DNA of 64,000 nt from Hydrolagus colliei (taxonomy: Eukaryota): contig CM068757.1 of NCBI GenBank assembly GCA_035084275.1, forward strand, positions 2,666,001-2,730,000. Reading direction: 5' to 3'. Below the pieces are notes generated by a model. That model did no database searches, was not told where the DNA came from, and saw only the letters and a program-made list of their open reading frames with translations. Of this stretch, positions 63,006-64,000 are shown piece after piece (positions within the stretch are counted from its first letter, which is position 1; each line of letters starts with the position of its first letter). A program made the position numbers and the translations under genes.

Positions 63006-64000
63006 AATTATGGTATTCCTACACTCGTTCTATTCCTTACTTAAGCAATGGCATTAAAATGTTTTTTTTGTGTGAACTCACCCACTTCTAAATAAGTCCT
63101 GTCTGAGTGCCAGAGTTTTTTTAAAAAATGTTTAACCTCAATTCATTTGAGCACCTACGTGTCTTTTCCTGAGTTTATTCAGGGAAAACCAACCTATCTC
63201 ACTCTATGTTGGAGCAGCATTACTTGAATAAACCAAGCAAGACTTGTATTTTTAAGTGGAATGAAGTACATGTTTTAATTTGGTTTAATTTGCATAATAA
63301 TTGGGGAATGTTGTTTACATTGGAGCGTTCTAAAGAAGCCAATGCTAACACGAGCATGTTGCATATGCATGGGTTGATAGAATCTGGATTCTTCTGAAAC
63401 GGTTCAAGCCAAGTGATTATTTCTCCCTTTCTAAATAAGACTTGAAACGATTTTGACAGCTTTGTTTTTTTTTAAAAAAAGTTGCCTTGAGGCAACTTGT
63501 GTTTATTTGACGGTCTGTAATAGGAAAGGCAGCGAAGGGGTTAAGGTGGAAAATACTCAGACACATCCGCAGCATCTGTTTCAATAATAAGACTGTGTGC
63601 TGAATGTTGAGCAGGTGAATGTATGCCTAATTGGCCTAACGTTATGGTTTCAGGATGTAATGGAACATTACAGTTTGTACTAATTTTCGATTGACAATTG
63701 TTTTCTGATGAATTCAGACCTTCTTTTATATGTGAAATGTGAAGAGGTTACTTAGCAGGCATCTTGCCTTTCCAATTAGTATTGTGCGTTGATTTTATTG
63801 AGAAATTTGATAATGAAAGGAATTGACAGATATCTTAATTCCCAGAGACCAGAAACCAGAATAACCTCAGAATTATCCCTTTCCAATGTACTTTTGTCAT
63901 ACTATTGAGACAGTGCATTGTTAACTAGATAGATTATGTAAAATCTAAGAATTCATCCTTTATACTGTATATAGTTTTTGTTTAATGTAAAATTACAATC

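Larger units (their letters stand above)
55168..64000 (+). other. NELL1: NELL1 intron downstream of the EGF exon (3' end outside the window)
   Basis: Begins with the GTAAGA donor. The next expected EGF exon (xHDEC...HNCDENAIC) is not seen in the remaining sequence. Confidence 0.7.

Noticed and set aside
63540-63660. Possible further hammerhead-repeat fragments (also about 28920-28980 and 38650-38760)
   Set aside because: Only short similarity (aaatactcag...gcagcatctgt) and no recognisable ribozyme core.

Overview
AT-rich (roughly 38-40% GC by eye) vertebrate nuclear DNA, not prokaryotic. The SINE/LINE repertoire points to a cartilaginous fish, most likely a chimaera such as Callorhinchus milii (inference). 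The only host coding sequence I can support is one 126-bp phase-1/phase-1 exon (55042-55167, + strand) encoding a calcium-binding EGF repeat of NELL1. The rest is most simply read as flanking intron (>55 kb upstream, >8.8 kb downstream). That intron holds many copies of a young tRNA-headed Deu-domain SINE with an (ATT)n tail, older SacSINE1/AmnSINE-like SINEs, 5'-truncated L2 LINE ends with (GTT)n tails, decayed CR1 fragments and several MITE-like inverted-repeat elements. The most interesting signal is three dispersed Penelope-type terminal repeats carrying minimal hammerhead ribozyme motifs, one with an intact catalytic core (50049-50084, - strand). Nearly all ORFs in the supplied track are chance ORFs or repeat debris. 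I found no evidence of a novel multi-gene system. Repeat family names come from remembered consensus sequences rather than database searches, and the boundaries of old repeats are approximate.
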